Shown here piece by piece: positions 10,251 through 20,120 of a DNA stretch of 64,000 bases. Origin of the DNA: Lentisphaeria bacterium (lineage in GTDB: Bacteria > Verrucomicrobiota > Lentisphaeria > JABSQK01 > JAWLHB01); assembly GCA_041690595.1 (NCBI GenBank), contig JAWLHB010000008.1, forward strand, positions 1-64,000, written 5' to 3'. Each line of letters starts with the position of its first letter. The stretch's first letter is position 1. The notes below the pieces were generated by a model. That model did not search any database and was not told the DNA's origin. It worked only from the letters and a program-made list of their open reading frames with translations. The position numbers and the translations under genes were made by a program.

Positions 10251-11144
10251 TCAATCTGGCTTGGCTGCACCCACGGTCGCCTCGGGCAATGCCGAGGCGC
10301 AACGCACATGCCGTTCGTGGAGGATCAGCGATGCCGCGATGATCGCGCCACCGAGGAGCAGCCGCGGCAGGTTGGCATCCTCGCCAAAGATAAACAGTGA
10401 ACAGGCGACCGCAAGGGGAATCTTCAGGTTATTGGCGATGGCGAGGGCTCCCGGAGTGGTCTGCCGGGCTCCGTGGTTCCAAAGAAAAAAGCAGATGCCC
10501 GAGGCCAGGACGCCCAGATAAAGGAGCGCCAGCAGCTGCGAGGTGTCGAGGCTGAGGCTGCTCCACGGTGTGGTCACCACCGCCATGCTGCCGGCCACGG
10601 CAAAGGCGCCGACATAGAGGAGCGCAAAGACCTGATGGTCGCGCAGGTCGCCGGCATCCGCCATCGTCTCGCGATAGGCGATCTGTCCATAGGCAAAACA
10701 GCCATTGGAGAGCTGCATGAGGAGGAAACCGAGCAGGAGGCCGCTGTCCGCCAGGCCATGAAAGAGAATAATGGCGGTGCCGGCTACCGCCAGAAGCGCG
10801 GTACCCAGCGAGAACGGGTGAAAGCGGCGGCGGCGCAGGTCATGCAGCAGGGTCACGTAAAGGGGGGTGAAGATGGTGAAGAGGGCCACGTGATAGCTGG
10901 CCAGCCACGTGAACGCGTAGATATACGTCACATACATGAGCCCATACTGGATGGCACCGATGAGCATCAGGCGGCGGCGCAACGGCCAGGGAATGCGCCC
11001 CAGCCTCAGGAATGGCAGGAAGACCAGTAAGGAAAGGCCCAGCCGTGCCGCCGCCACGAAGCTGCTGTCCAAGCCGACCAACTGCTGCTTGATCAAGCCA
11101 AAGCTGAAGGCCCAGATGAAGGATACGATGATCAGATGAATCAT
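10251..11144 (-). CDS. EamA/DMT family transporter
   Basis: About 10 hydrophobic segments, IWAFSF start, two EamA repeats. Confidence 0.88.
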   Translation of the reverse strand: MIHLIIVSFIWAFSFGLIKQQLVGLDSSFVAAARLGLSLLVFLPFLRLGRIPWPLRRRLMLIGAIQYGLMYVTYIYAFTWLASYHVALFTIFTPLYVTLLHDLRRRRFHPFSLGTALLAVAGTAIILFHGLADSGLLLGFLLMQLSNGCFAYGQIAYRETMADAGDLRDHQVFALLYVGAFAVAGSMAVVTTPWSSLSLDTSQLLALLYLGVLASGICFFLWNHGARQTTPGALAIANNLKIPLAVACSLFIFGEDANLPRLLLGGAIIAASLILHERHVRCASALPEATVGAAKPD

Positions 11145-11158
11145 GGTAGTGCCGGTGT

Positions 11159-12106
11159 TCAGGTCATGACGAGGATGATCACCAGAGCGGGAAGGGCCAG
11201 CACGGTGGAGGTCATCACGATGCTGCCCGCCAGCTCGCCGTCACTGCCCATCTGCTCGGCCATGATGTAGGAAGCGACCGCGGTGGGCGTGGCGAGGAAG
11301 AGCATGGCCACCAGCAGAGAGGGGGGATCGAGGCCGATGGCTCGCCCGATAAAGAAGCCGGCCAGGGGAGCAAGCCCCACCTTGATCGAGGCCGCGATTA
11401 TAGAGCGCAACGCCTGTCGGTGCATCCCCCCAAAGGTGAGCATGCCGCCGATGCCGAGAAGGGAGAGCGCGAGCGAGGTGTTGCCGACGGAGACGAGGGT
11501 GCGGTCGATGGAGAGTGGCAGTCGCCAGCCCAGCGTCGCCAGCAGGAGCCCCCCCACACAGGCGAGAACCAGTGGATTGGTGGCCACGTTGACCAGCAAC
11601 TTGCGCAGTCGCACCCACCAGTGCATGTCCGCCGCATCGTCATGGCCGAGCAGCAGCACCACGACGCCAACGGCATTGTAGATCGGGATGAGCGGGGCGA
11701 TGGCGATGATCGCCAGGCTCTCGTGGGCCGCGGTCGCCTGGCCGCTCGCACCTTCAAGAGCGAAGAGGACGACGGGCAGGCCCACATAGGCGAGATTCCC
11801 GCGGTACCCACCCTGCACAAAAGCCCCAAGCGCCTTTCCTGGCATCCGCAGCAGGAGGCCGATCAGATACCCGGCAATCGTGCAGGCGATCATTCCGCCA
11901 AGTAGCACCAGAAAGATGCGAATGGCCGTGCCGGCAGACTCGATGGGCTGCGCGGTTTTCACCAGCAGCAGAGCCGGTAGTCCGACCCAGTAGACAAGCC
12001 GATTGGTCTGCCGAAAGGCTTCAGCGCTGAAAAAGCCGGTTCGGCGCAACAGGAGCCCGATCATGACGATCAGGAAAATCGGTGCGAGCGTATTGACCAC
12101 GTTCAT
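11159..12106 (-). CDS. AEC (auxin efflux carrier) family transporter
   Basis: LAPIFLIV, RGNLAYVGLP, ATPTAVASYIMA. Confidence 0.88.
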   Translation of the reverse strand: MNVVNTLAPIFLIVMIGLLLRRTGFFSAEAFRQTNRLVYWVGLPALLLVKTAQPIESAGTAIRIFLVLLGGMIACTIAGYLIGLLLRMPGKALGAFVQGGYRGNLAYVGLPVVLFALEGASGQATAAHESLAIIAIAPLIPIYNAVGVVVLLLGHDDAADMHWWVRLRKLLVNVATNPLVLACVGGLLLATLGWRLPLSIDRTLVSVGNTSLALSLLGIGGMLTFGGMHRQALRSIIAASIKVGLAPLAGFFIGRAIGLDPPSLLVAMLFLATPTAVASYIMAEQMGSDGELAGSIVMTSTVLALPALVIILVMT

Positions 12107-12167
12107 GAGGCAGCGTTCGTCTGGAAGGAATGCAAAAGGTCACACATATCACCGCATCGAGGCGCCG

Positions 12168-14408
12168 TCAACCGGCACTCGCCGATGTGCTCTTGGGCGG
12201 TGGGCGCAAGTTGCCCTGCAACTCTTCTATACGACGGCGCAGCTCGGCAAGCTCTTCGGGGGCGGTTTCGCCGGCGCCGAAGGCAAGACGCTGCACCATG
12301 GTCGTCAGCTCGGCGAATTGTTCGGCCCACGGATAGCGTGTCTCCGCGGCACGCTGCACGAGCTCATCGGGAGTGTGCACGTTATCACATCGAAAGCCGA
12401 AACGTCGCAGGTGTTCGAGCATGCATTCGTAGCGCAGAAGTGCCGCGTCACGCGGCGCGTGGCGGTCAGCCCGGCGCCACCGCAGCCACCAGCGCACACG
12501 CTCCGCCACCATGCCGCCAAGGGTCGCGACGGCGATCGTCAGGACAAGGATCGTCAAGGCCAGGAGAGGCCACACCTTGTGCGCCATCAACCAGCTCCAG
12601 CTCCTGCTCCAGGTGGAGGTGGTCCACAGCAGAAGCGCCTGCCACGTTGCCTGGAGTTGGCCGGCGGTCTCGCGGAGGGTCATCTGTTCATGATGCATTT
12701 GATCAGGAGCGGGCAGGGCCTCCAGGTCGATGCCGCCTGGGGTCGCATCGAAGTCGACCCAACCGAAGTTGGGGAACCAAACCTGGGTCCATGCGTGTGC
12801 GTCGCGCTCACGCACCTGCAGGAGCATGCTGCTGGTGCGCTGGTAGCTGGGGAGGTAGCCCAGCGCCACGCGCGCCGGAATCCCTACGATGCGACAGGCG
12901 ACCGCCAGCGAACTGGCGTACTGAACGCAGGAGCCCTTCTGCATCTCGAAGAGAAAAAACTCCGTGGCTTCCGCCACATTGCCCGGCAGGGTAATGGGGT
13001 TGCGCGTATACGTTTTTTCATGCTTCACCATATTGACCAGCTTCTGCACCGCGGCCAGACGGCGAAGTTCGCCATCGAGTGCTGCCTGACAGTGGGTGAT
13101 CAACTTCGGGGAGACGCTCGGCAACTGCAGGTATTGCTCGGCGAGTTGCACCTCGTCATCGCCGATCCGAACCTCGCGGACCTCCGCCAGGTTTGGCGTT
13201 CCCAGAAGCACCTCATAGTGCAAGCCGCGCCGGATCGGGTCGTTCGAATAGAGGTTATTGAGCGGATCCCGATAGACCCGCTCCAGATTGCCCCGCAGCA
13301 GAGTACGGCCGGTGACTGGAATGGCCAGTTCGTAACCCAAGCCGGTCTGCGGCCAGATCTTGCAGAGCGCGCTGGGGTCGAAGCTCGACCGCATCGTCGG
13401 CAGGCGCTCGGGAAGCGAAAGCTGCGGCGGTATACGGCTGCCGGCCGCCAAAGGCTCCAGATCGAGCTTCATCGATGGCGCCCAGGCCAGGCCGGAATAG
13501 TGGTCAAGAACGGTCGTGCGCAGATAGACATGGCGCCGTGTGTCGAGGATGTAGAGCAGGCGCCGCGAGATCTCGCGCGGATAGCTCTGGGTCAGATCGA
13601 GCATGGCAGGTTCGGTATTGCGGGCCAGCATGGCCATCTCCCGCAGTTGCCGCTCCGGCTCGATGCGCGACGGCACCCGCGACTCCACCTCCAGCCCCAG
13701 GTTGGCCCGCACGTAGGTGACCCACATCTGCGTCTGGCTGTCCGTCGTTTCTTCGCGCAGGGTGGGAATATGGCGGGCGACGACGCGGCTGCCGAACCAG
13801 GCAATTGCGGCAAAGATGGAAATGCGAAGCGCCAGGGCGGCCCAGGGTATGGTCGATCTGGTGGCGCGCCGTCTCTCCACTTCGGCGGGAGCGCTGCCCT
13901 GCAACAGGCACGCGGAGGTAACGCCGAGGAGGATCAGGGGAACCAGCATGTCGAGCGGCAGTGCCCCCAGGTGCCGTATGATGGCAATAACCAGCGCGAA
14001 GGATGCCAGTTGCATGAGGGCGTAGTGGCGCAGGCGACACGCCCCCATTCCCTGTGCAAGCAGCAGCCCCACAACCATCCACTCGAGAGCGTTGATCAGG
14101 GGCAATTCCAGGCGAAGTTTCAAGTAGACAGCGCCCGCCAGGGCGGCCACCGCGGCTATGGCAGCCGCCATCTGCAACCAGCTTGCATGGCGCCGGAGCA
14201 CCAGACTCAGCAGGCCACCGAAAGCCAGCGCGGCCACCAGGAACCAGGCCATTTGCTCGTGCATCAGTAGCTCGACGCTCCGCTTCATCACGACGCCGGA
14301 GAGCAGAAAGGTCGTGATGTGCAACAGCCAGGAGGGGCTGCTGGGGAGGCGCGCCAAAGTGGCCGCACGCTGTTCGAGGGTGGGTTTTGCCATCTTCTTC
14401 GCCATCAT
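12168..14408 (-). CDS. Membrane transglutaminase-like protein (DUF3488/TGase/DUF4129 architecture)
   Basis: N-terminal TM helices; GSCVQYAS, HAWTQVW, GWVDFDAT Cys-His-Asp motifs; ATGA overlap with upstream gene sets start 14408. Confidence 0.85.
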   Translation of the reverse strand: MMAKKMAKPTLEQRAATLARLPSSPSWLLHITTFLLSGVVMKRSVELLMHEQMAWFLVAALAFGGLLSLVLRRHASWLQMAAAIAAVAALAGAVYLKLRLELPLINALEWMVVGLLLAQGMGACRLRHYALMQLASFALVIAIIRHLGALPLDMLVPLILLGVTSACLLQGSAPAEVERRRATRSTIPWAALALRISIFAAIAWFGSRVVARHIPTLREETTDSQTQMWVTYVRANLGLEVESRVPSRIEPERQLREMAMLARNTEPAMLDLTQSYPREISRRLLYILDTRRHVYLRTTVLDHYSGLAWAPSMKLDLEPLAAGSRIPPQLSLPERLPTMRSSFDPSALCKIWPQTGLGYELAIPVTGRTLLRGNLERVYRDPLNNLYSNDPIRRGLHYEVLLGTPNLAEVREVRIGDDEVQLAEQYLQLPSVSPKLITHCQAALDGELRRLAAVQKLVNMVKHEKTYTRNPITLPGNVAEATEFFLFEMQKGSCVQYASSLAVACRIVGIPARVALGYLPSYQRTSSMLLQVRERDAHAWTQVWFPNFGWVDFDATPGGIDLEALPAPDQMHHEQMTLRETAGQLQATWQALLLWTTSTWSRSWSWLMAHKVWPLLALTILVLTIAVATLGGMVAERVRWWLRWRRADRHAPRDAALLRYECMLEHLRRFGFRCDNVHTPDELVQRAAETRYPWAEQFAELTTMVQRLAFGAGETAPEELAELRRRIEELQGNLRPPPKSTSASAG

Positions 14409-15664
14409 AACACCTTGCGCAGGGAACGACTGGCTTTCCAGTCGGGCAGCATCGCTGTCGGGATGGATACGGGATGCTCCAGATCTTGTTTCAGGCGGGC
14501 CATGTTTCTCGCATGACATACGGCCAGACCGTGCCGAGCCAGCAGTTGCACCGGATGACGCTTTCCAGGGCGGGCACCATCCGCCTGGGGCGCGGCGATC
14601 ACCACGCTCAGATTAATGCCCTCGCCACGCAGGGCCTGCATGGCCTGTACGAAGCCTTCCGTGGGTGTCGCCGTCACCACGATAAGCGATTGGATGCCGG
14701 TCACCAGAATGTGCCCCAGCTCAGGCCGGCCGCGGCGCCCTTCCTGCTGCACGCCCGCCAACACCGAGATCATCTGGCGGACATTGTCCATGCCGGATGC
14801 CGGCATGATGGTCAGCGGCTTCCTGCTCAAGGTGAGGAGCCCCACCTCGTGCTCGGTCTGGGCGGCAAAGCGGACAATGGAAGCGGCGGCACTGACCGCC
14901 AGCTCGAAGGCGGCGGGCGAGCCCAGCATCGGCAGAGGGGGCCGGCTGCAGTCCATGACCAGCAGGACCCGCCGCTGAATGGGGGCCTGGAACTGACGGG
15001 TCATGAGCTGCTGCATGCGGACGGTGCTGAGCCAGTGAATCCAGCGCGGGCTGTCGCCATGCTCATAGGGGCGGATCGCGTAGAAGTCGTTGGAGAAGCC
15101 GGGCGTCGGCATGGTCTTTTCGGGGTCGCGGAAACCGGCGCCCGATTCGATGAAGGGAAAGGCGTCCAGCTCACAAAAAGCGGGTAACACTTCGATCTGA
15201 AAGCTCGACTTGAAGCGCCGCTCAAGCGAGAAAAGGCCCAGAGGATCGGAATAGACCAGCACCACCGGCCCAACCTCATGCCGTCCCCGCTGGCGGCAGG
15301 TTGCCTCCAGACAGACCTCTCTCTCGCCAAAAGTCCCGAGCCGATCGACCCACGTCCAGACAAAGGTTCCGTCCTGGCCGCCTGGCGGAAAGTGTACCCG
15401 CCACAGGAGGCCGAAGCGCGGTAGAAGCCACCGGTTGTAAACCGTCAGGCGAAGGGTCGCATCCTCCCCCAACACCCCCTGGCGCGGGCCGCGGAGGGTG
15501 GCGCCCAGACCAAGGCTGGTCACCCACGTATACAGAAAACAGGCGACAAGCAACGTGCCGAAGATGCCGGTCACTTCCATGAAGGCCGGAATATCGACGA
15601 TCAGTACCGCCACATAGCTGACGATGGCGAGGATAAGAAGAATGAGGCCGCGTTTTGTAATCAT
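14405..15664 (-). CDS. DUF58 domain protein
   Basis: RGRHEVGP..SDPLGLF, IRPYEHGDSPRWIHW; typical position after MoxR. Confidence 0.9.
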   Translation of the reverse strand: MITKRGLILLILAIVSYVAVLIVDIPAFMEVTGIFGTLLVACFLYTWVTSLGLGATLRGPRQGVLGEDATLRLTVYNRWLLPRFGLLWRVHFPPGGQDGTFVWTWVDRLGTFGEREVCLEATCRQRGRHEVGPVVLVYSDPLGLFSLERRFKSSFQIEVLPAFCELDAFPFIESGAGFRDPEKTMPTPGFSNDFYAIRPYEHGDSPRWIHWLSTVRMQQLMTRQFQAPIQRRVLLVMDCSRPPLPMLGSPAAFELAVSAAASIVRFAAQTEHEVGLLTLSRKPLTIMPASGMDNVRQMISVLAGVQQEGRRGRPELGHILVTGIQSLIVVTATPTEGFVQAMQALRGEGINLSVVIAAPQADGARPGKRHPVQLLARHGLAVCHARNMARLKQDLEHPVSIPTAMLPDWKASRSLRKVL

Positions 15665-15686
15665 GGAAGCTGCCGGTAGTTGGCCA

Positions 15687-16643
15687 TCAGCTGTGACGAC
15701 TGACTGCCGGAACGGGAATCTGGTTCACCACTTCGCGCACCACCTCTTCAGTGGAGACGGTCTCGGTGCCGGTGTAGGGATTGGCGACGACTCGGTGCGC
15801 CAGAACTGGGACGGCGGCATGCTTCACATCCTGAGGAATCACGTAGTTTCGCCCCTGAACGGCCGCGATGCCCTGAGCGATGCGCACCAGCACGATCGAT
15901 GCGCGCGGGCTGGCCCCAAGGCGAATGTCCGCATGTTTACGGGTACCGCTGCAGACGCGGATCGCGTAGTCGCGCACCTTGTCGTCCACATAGACTTCGC
16001 GGATCGCTTTGCGGATAGTCAGGACCATCTCCAGATCCATCACTTCGCCAAGCTCTTCGACCGGCTCCGACATGATGCGGGAATGGACAATCTGGTTTTC
16101 TTCCTGGAGAGTCGGATAGCCGAGACGCAGGCGCATGGCAAAGCGGTCGAGTTGGGCTTCCGGAAGGGGATAGGTGCCGTAATGCTCGACCGGATTCTGC
16201 GTGGCGATAACGAAGAAGGGCAAGTCAAGGCTGTAGGTGACCCCGTCAGCCGTGACCTTGTACTCTTCCATGCATTCGAGCAGGCTCGACTGCGTACGGG
16301 GCGTACCGCGGTTGATTTCGTCGGCCAGGAGAATGTTGGTGAAGACGGGCCCTTGGCGAAACTCGAACTGCTGCGACTTCATATTGAAGATCGTTGCTCC
16401 AGTCACATCCGCCGGAAGCAGGTCCGGGGTGAACTGAATGCGCTTGTACTTGGCCGAGACGGATTTTGCCAGGCTTCGCGCCAGCATCGTCTTGCCAGTA
16501 CCCGGCACGTCTTCGATCAGAACATGGCCGCCGCTGAGCAGCCCCAGCGCCAGCATTTCCACGACATCATGCTTGCCGACGATGACCCGTTCGATATTGT
16601 CAACGAGCTTGCTTATCGCTGACTGCAGCTCCGTTAGTTCCAT
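15687..16643 (-). CDS. MoxR family AAA+ ATPase
   Basis: DVPGTGKT, RIQFTPDLLPAD, ADEINR, ATQNP, LPEAQLDRF, GASPRA. Confidence 0.95.
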   Translation of the reverse strand: MELTELQSAISKLVDNIERVIVGKHDVVEMLALGLLSGGHVLIEDVPGTGKTMLARSLAKSVSAKYKRIQFTPDLLPADVTGATIFNMKSQQFEFRQGPVFTNILLADEINRGTPRTQSSLLECMEEYKVTADGVTYSLDLPFFVIATQNPVEHYGTYPLPEAQLDRFAMRLRLGYPTLQEENQIVHSRIMSEPVEELGEVMDLEMVLTIRKAIREVYVDDKVRDYAIRVCSGTRKHADIRLGASPRASIVLVRIAQGIAAVQGRNYVIPQDVKHAAVPVLAHRVVANPYTGTETVSTEEVVREVVNQIPVPAVSRHS

Positions 16644-16712
16644 GCCTGACCTTCCCTCTTCGGTTAAAGACTACCCCCCACGATGCCACGCGCGGACAAA
16701 CCGGCGCTGGAC

Positions 16713-18380
16713 TCAACGATTCTTGCCGACCTTCTGCTCCGGATCGATCATCATCAGCTCGGGCTTCTCACGCTCCCATTTGATCAGCATCTTGCGCCGG
16801 ACCACATCATTGGCCTGCCGCATTCCCGCGTAGTTGGTGAAGGCGCGAACGCCAATGCTGGTGGGCGAACCGATGGCCGCCAGCGGCAGGGAGAATTCCA
16901 CGCACTGGGCCTGCGCGAAGGTAACGCCCTGGAGCTTGATCGACGTGGTGTTCTCGTAACTGCGGCTGCCGCGCAGATCCCAGATCCATGGCGCGATCCC
17001 ACGGGCTACGCCAATCTGGTAATCCCACTCCTCTGTCGAGTCGTCATAGGCAAAAGCATTGAGGTCGATCGCCACGCAATACTGATCCCCTTCGTTGGGA
17101 GGAGCGGCGAAATCGAACCGGAAGTAGATCTTCTCACCTTTTACCGCGACATACAAGGCGGTAAGGTCGCTGGCGGGCCCGCCACGAGCATTGTCCCCTA
17201 CCGGATCGACGATGAGAGGCTCGATGCCCGTCCAGTCATTGGCCAGGCCATCCTCGATGATATCCTGCTTTGTCGTCACGTCCGTAAGATGACCATAGCG
17301 TTTGAGCGCGAGCGCCGCGATGCGGACGAGCCGATCGTTGGCTTCGCCGCCGGCGGAAGAGTCGGGGAATTCGCGCAGCAAGCGCAACCAGGCCGCATAC
17401 TCGGCGCCATAATCTTCCAGAGCGCCATGGCTCCTTGCAATCTGCGCCAGGGCCACTTCGCGGCGCCCAGAGCCGAGATTCTCACGCACAAGACCTTCGT
17501 ACAGCTCGATGGCATCCCGATACTGGCCATTCTCGAAGACGACCGCGGCCCGATCGTGGCGGCGTCGCAGGCTGTTGTCTCTGGCCTGCTGTCGAGTCTC
17601 CTGTTCGACCGCGGCATAGCGCGCCGCCTGGCTCGCCTCAAACTTGCGGTACCCCCAGGCGCTGCCGGCGATAACCAGAGCGATGATTCCGATGCTGGCC
17701 AGCACCTTGCGCGGATGACGCGACCAGAGCAGGCGAGGATCGAAGCCCGCCGCGCTGACCGCCAACTGCAATTCGCTTTCGTAGCGCAGGAGGTCCTCCC
17801 GGTCGATGGCCTGAAGCCCATCCACCAGAGACGATATGGTCTGGCTTCGCTTGTCGGGATCGCGTTCTATCGCGCGCTGAATGAGCGAAGCGATGGCAAC
17901 GGGAAGACGTCTGCTGGGGCCCCCGCTTGGTACTTTGCCGATCAACAGCCAGTGCAGCAGCACGCCGAGGCTGTAGACATCGCATCGACTGTCGGGAACC
18001 GTGCCCTGCGCAATCTCCGGGGCGGCAAACGCGCGCCATGTTCTGTTCTGGCGTGCGAGGAATTCACGATCGCCCGTGCTCATCTCTTCATCTGGAACAC
18101 CGAGATGACAATGCTGGGCGCCGCCGCGGAAGATGAGCTCCGGCTGCAGGTTTCCATGCAGCACGCCATGGTCATGGAGGTAAACCGCCATGCCGGCAAC
18201 CTGATAGAAAACCGCCAGTGCATCGCCGAGCTTGAGCGGCCCCTCGGCTTTCACCACCTCCCCAAGTGTTCCGCAGGACAATTCCGTCTGCGCCATCCAG
18301 CCTGCGTGCCCCAGGCGCAACCGCGTCAGGCGATTGTGGGGCGGTAGCGTTCGCCGTTCCGTCTCCGACTGTGTCGGCAT
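16713..18380 (-). CDS. Membrane-anchored pseudokinase with TPR-like and DOMON/CBM9-like C-terminal domains
   Basis: Kinase C-lobe motifs (LHGNLQP, APE, DVYSLG, DPDKR), one TM segment, TPR-like helices, DG..NDW..DPVGD..DL..LYV..IYFRFDF; GAGGAG RBS. Confidence 0.7.
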   Translation of the reverse strand: MPTQSETERRTLPPHNRLTRLRLGHAGWMAQTELSCGTLGEVVKAEGPLKLGDALAVFYQVAGMAVYLHDHGVLHGNLQPELIFRGGAQHCHLGVPDEEMSTGDREFLARQNRTWRAFAAPEIAQGTVPDSRCDVYSLGVLLHWLLIGKVPSGGPSRRLPVAIASLIQRAIERDPDKRSQTISSLVDGLQAIDREDLLRYESELQLAVSAAGFDPRLLWSRHPRKVLASIGIIALVIAGSAWGYRKFEASQAARYAAVEQETRQQARDNSLRRRHDRAAVVFENGQYRDAIELYEGLVRENLGSGRREVALAQIARSHGALEDYGAEYAAWLRLLREFPDSSAGGEANDRLVRIAALALKRYGHLTDVTTKQDIIEDGLANDWTGIEPLIVDPVGDNARGGPASDLTALYVAVKGEKIYFRFDFAAPPNEGDQYCVAIDLNAFAYDDSTEEWDYQIGVARGIAPWIWDLRGSRSYENTTSIKLQGVTFAQAQCVEFSLPLAAIGSPTSIGVRAFTNYAGMRQANDVVRRKMLIKWEREKPELMMIDPEQKVGKNR

Positions 18381-18712
18381 GCACCTTACTCCTCTAGGCG
18401 TAGTACTCGTAGCTCATGCAAAATGCTGGTTATCTGCTTCGACCCCAACTCCTGACAGCTGTTCGCTGAAACCATGCTTTTTTTCTGCCTCCCTTCCAGA
18501 CTCCCAGCACACCGCTCTTCCGGCCATGCCGGCAGTTCCCGCAACTCCTTGCGAACAGCAGAGTTGCACCCTCATGGACAGTTGCCACGGACGAGTCACA
18601 GCCGGTGCTTTTTCGATCGTCAAGCATCCATTCATCGAGTTTGATACAGTGTCTCTCAACTTCCTCTCACATTCAGTAGATGCCAGCGCAGCCTATACAC
18701 CCTGAATCCGAG

Positions 18713-19027
18713 GAGCCGGATGACCTCGTGGACGAGAATCGGCGCCTCATCGTTCAGGCCGGCAGCCGGGCTGCCACCCTCGCCATCGTCCTTCGCGCCA
18801 CGGAACTGGTAGCGGTAGATGCGAATGGCGCCCTCGGACCTTGGCCAGGAACAGGTCCAGCGTCTGAACGAAGGTGTACCCGCCGTGCTCCTTGGCAAAG
18901 AACAGAAAGTCCTTCACCCCCAGCGCATCAGGTACGGCTGGTGCTTCGCGAGCGCCAACGCCTTCTCCCGCAGGAAGCTGGCGTATGCTTCGAGAACCTG
19001 CTCCTGTCGCTCGCCATAGCCGCGCAT
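18713..19027 (-). pseudogene. Integron integrase N-terminal remnant (frameshifted, truncated)
   Basis: Three frames join to MRGYGER..YASFLREK..PYLMRW / VKDFLFFAK..LDLFLAKV / AIRIYRYQF..HEVIRL, resembling the SAM-like N-terminus of long IntI proteins; divergent from an attI-like site and cassette. Confidence 0.65.
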
Positions 19028-19164
19028 ATTGAATCACCCGAGTTATACCCCAGTTACCATAACACCGGTATTCCAGTATAGAGGTAGCTCTTGCCGCAAC
19101 GATTCCCGGCCTCGCCCCGGAAGATCTCGACAAATCAGCTTGCAGTGCTTCGTCGCATGGCTAC

Positions 19165-19203
19165 TTTTGATACAACGGTTACGTCAGTCGGCAAAAGTTC
19201 GCC
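19165..19203 (+). other. attI-like recombination site
   Basis: AT-rich ...GTCGGCAAAA-GTTCGCC; core GTTCGCC at 19197-19203 immediately before the cassette ORF. Confidence 0.55.
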
Positions 19204-19211
19204 GGGGCTGA

Positions 19212-19961
19212 ATGGCAAGTTCCCTACCAGAGATGACCACAAACACACTACTACTCAACCGAAGTTTGGGATTTGCAGTCCCGGAGGACTATGTCTCTTG
19301 GGCAGTAGATCGTCTTTGTGAAGGAGATGATGGCCAGTCCTTGTGCATTCTGGCCGGGCTCAACGTAGAGCTTGATCGCGACGAAGTAGAGCACTATTTC
19401 AAATTGAGCTGCGAGGAGTTGGGCGTCGAAGTCCCTGCTGAGCCAAAGGTCCCCCGTGACGCAGCTGTTTACATACGGCAGGGATACGAACAAGGGGAGC
19501 TGGATGCCAATGCAGCTCTTGGCATGATGGAGGCACTGTATCAGCAATCTGAATACTCAGACCCACTTCTGGCAATCTGGCCCTACATTCAAGAAGGCCT
19601 TTCCCTGAAAGGCTCGGGCTATGAGGGGTCTTTCTACCCTCCCGAACTGCTGGAGGATCTTGATGCACTCTTCGAGCAAGAATGGGAGCTTTACCACAGA
19701 GCTGCGGCTCTGGATTTGCCAGAAGACTTCCTCAACTTCATTGAGTGCTCAGCATGCGGCCACGTGGGAAGAGCGGTCTGGAAGCAACGTTCGTTTGTCG
19801 ACGGGATCAAGGCTCTTTTCTCCGGACGGAAACCGGCGAAATGGACCACATGCTCAGAATGTGGCTCATTCGATTACACGAGCCTGACCGATCCCGAAGC
19901 AAGAGATAGGTACTTCACCAGAATCGAAGGCGAACAAGCCTCCTGCAACCGTACGTCGTAA
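19212..19961 (+). CDS. Integron-cassette hypothetical protein with C-terminal CxxC...CxxC zinc-finger-like motif
   Basis: 249-aa ORF, visibly lower GC than neighbours, CSAC and CSEC motifs, stop codon inside attC. Confidence 0.8.
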   Translation: MASSLPEMTTNTLLLNRSLGFAVPEDYVSWAVDRLCEGDDGQSLCILAGLNVELDRDEVEHYFKLSCEELGVEVPAEPKVPRDAAVYIRQGYEQGELDANAALGMMEALYQQSEYSDPLLAIWPYIQEGLSLKGSGYEGSFYPPELLEDLDALFEQEWELYHRAAALDLPEDFLNFIECSACGHVGRAVWKQRSFVDGIKALFSGRKPAKWTTCSECGSFDYTSLTDPEARDRYFTRIEGEQASCNRTS

Positions 19962-19988
19962 ACTCCGCCAGAGAAGAGCACGTTCACC
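19929..19988 (+). other. Degenerate attC site
   Basis: R'' GGCGAAC (19929-19935) is the exact reverse complement of GTTCGCC (19197); R' GTTCACC at 19982-19988; 60 bp; inner L boxes pair poorly. Confidence 0.6.
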
Positions 19989-20120
19989 CCTCGGCCCAGC
20001 TGGGGTATCTGGACCACGATCAGTTGCTGCGCGACCAGTACATCAGTGACCTCTTCGATCTTCTTTTCCGCCCAGCCGACCGGGTGATGTTGCGGCAGTT
20101 GAGGGGGGAGGAGTGACGGG

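Noticed and set aside
18390..18700. Riboswitch/ncRNA or frameshifted kinase N-lobe upstream of the pseudokinase
   Set aside because: No recognisable RNA motif and no GxGxxG/VAIK in the frames inspected
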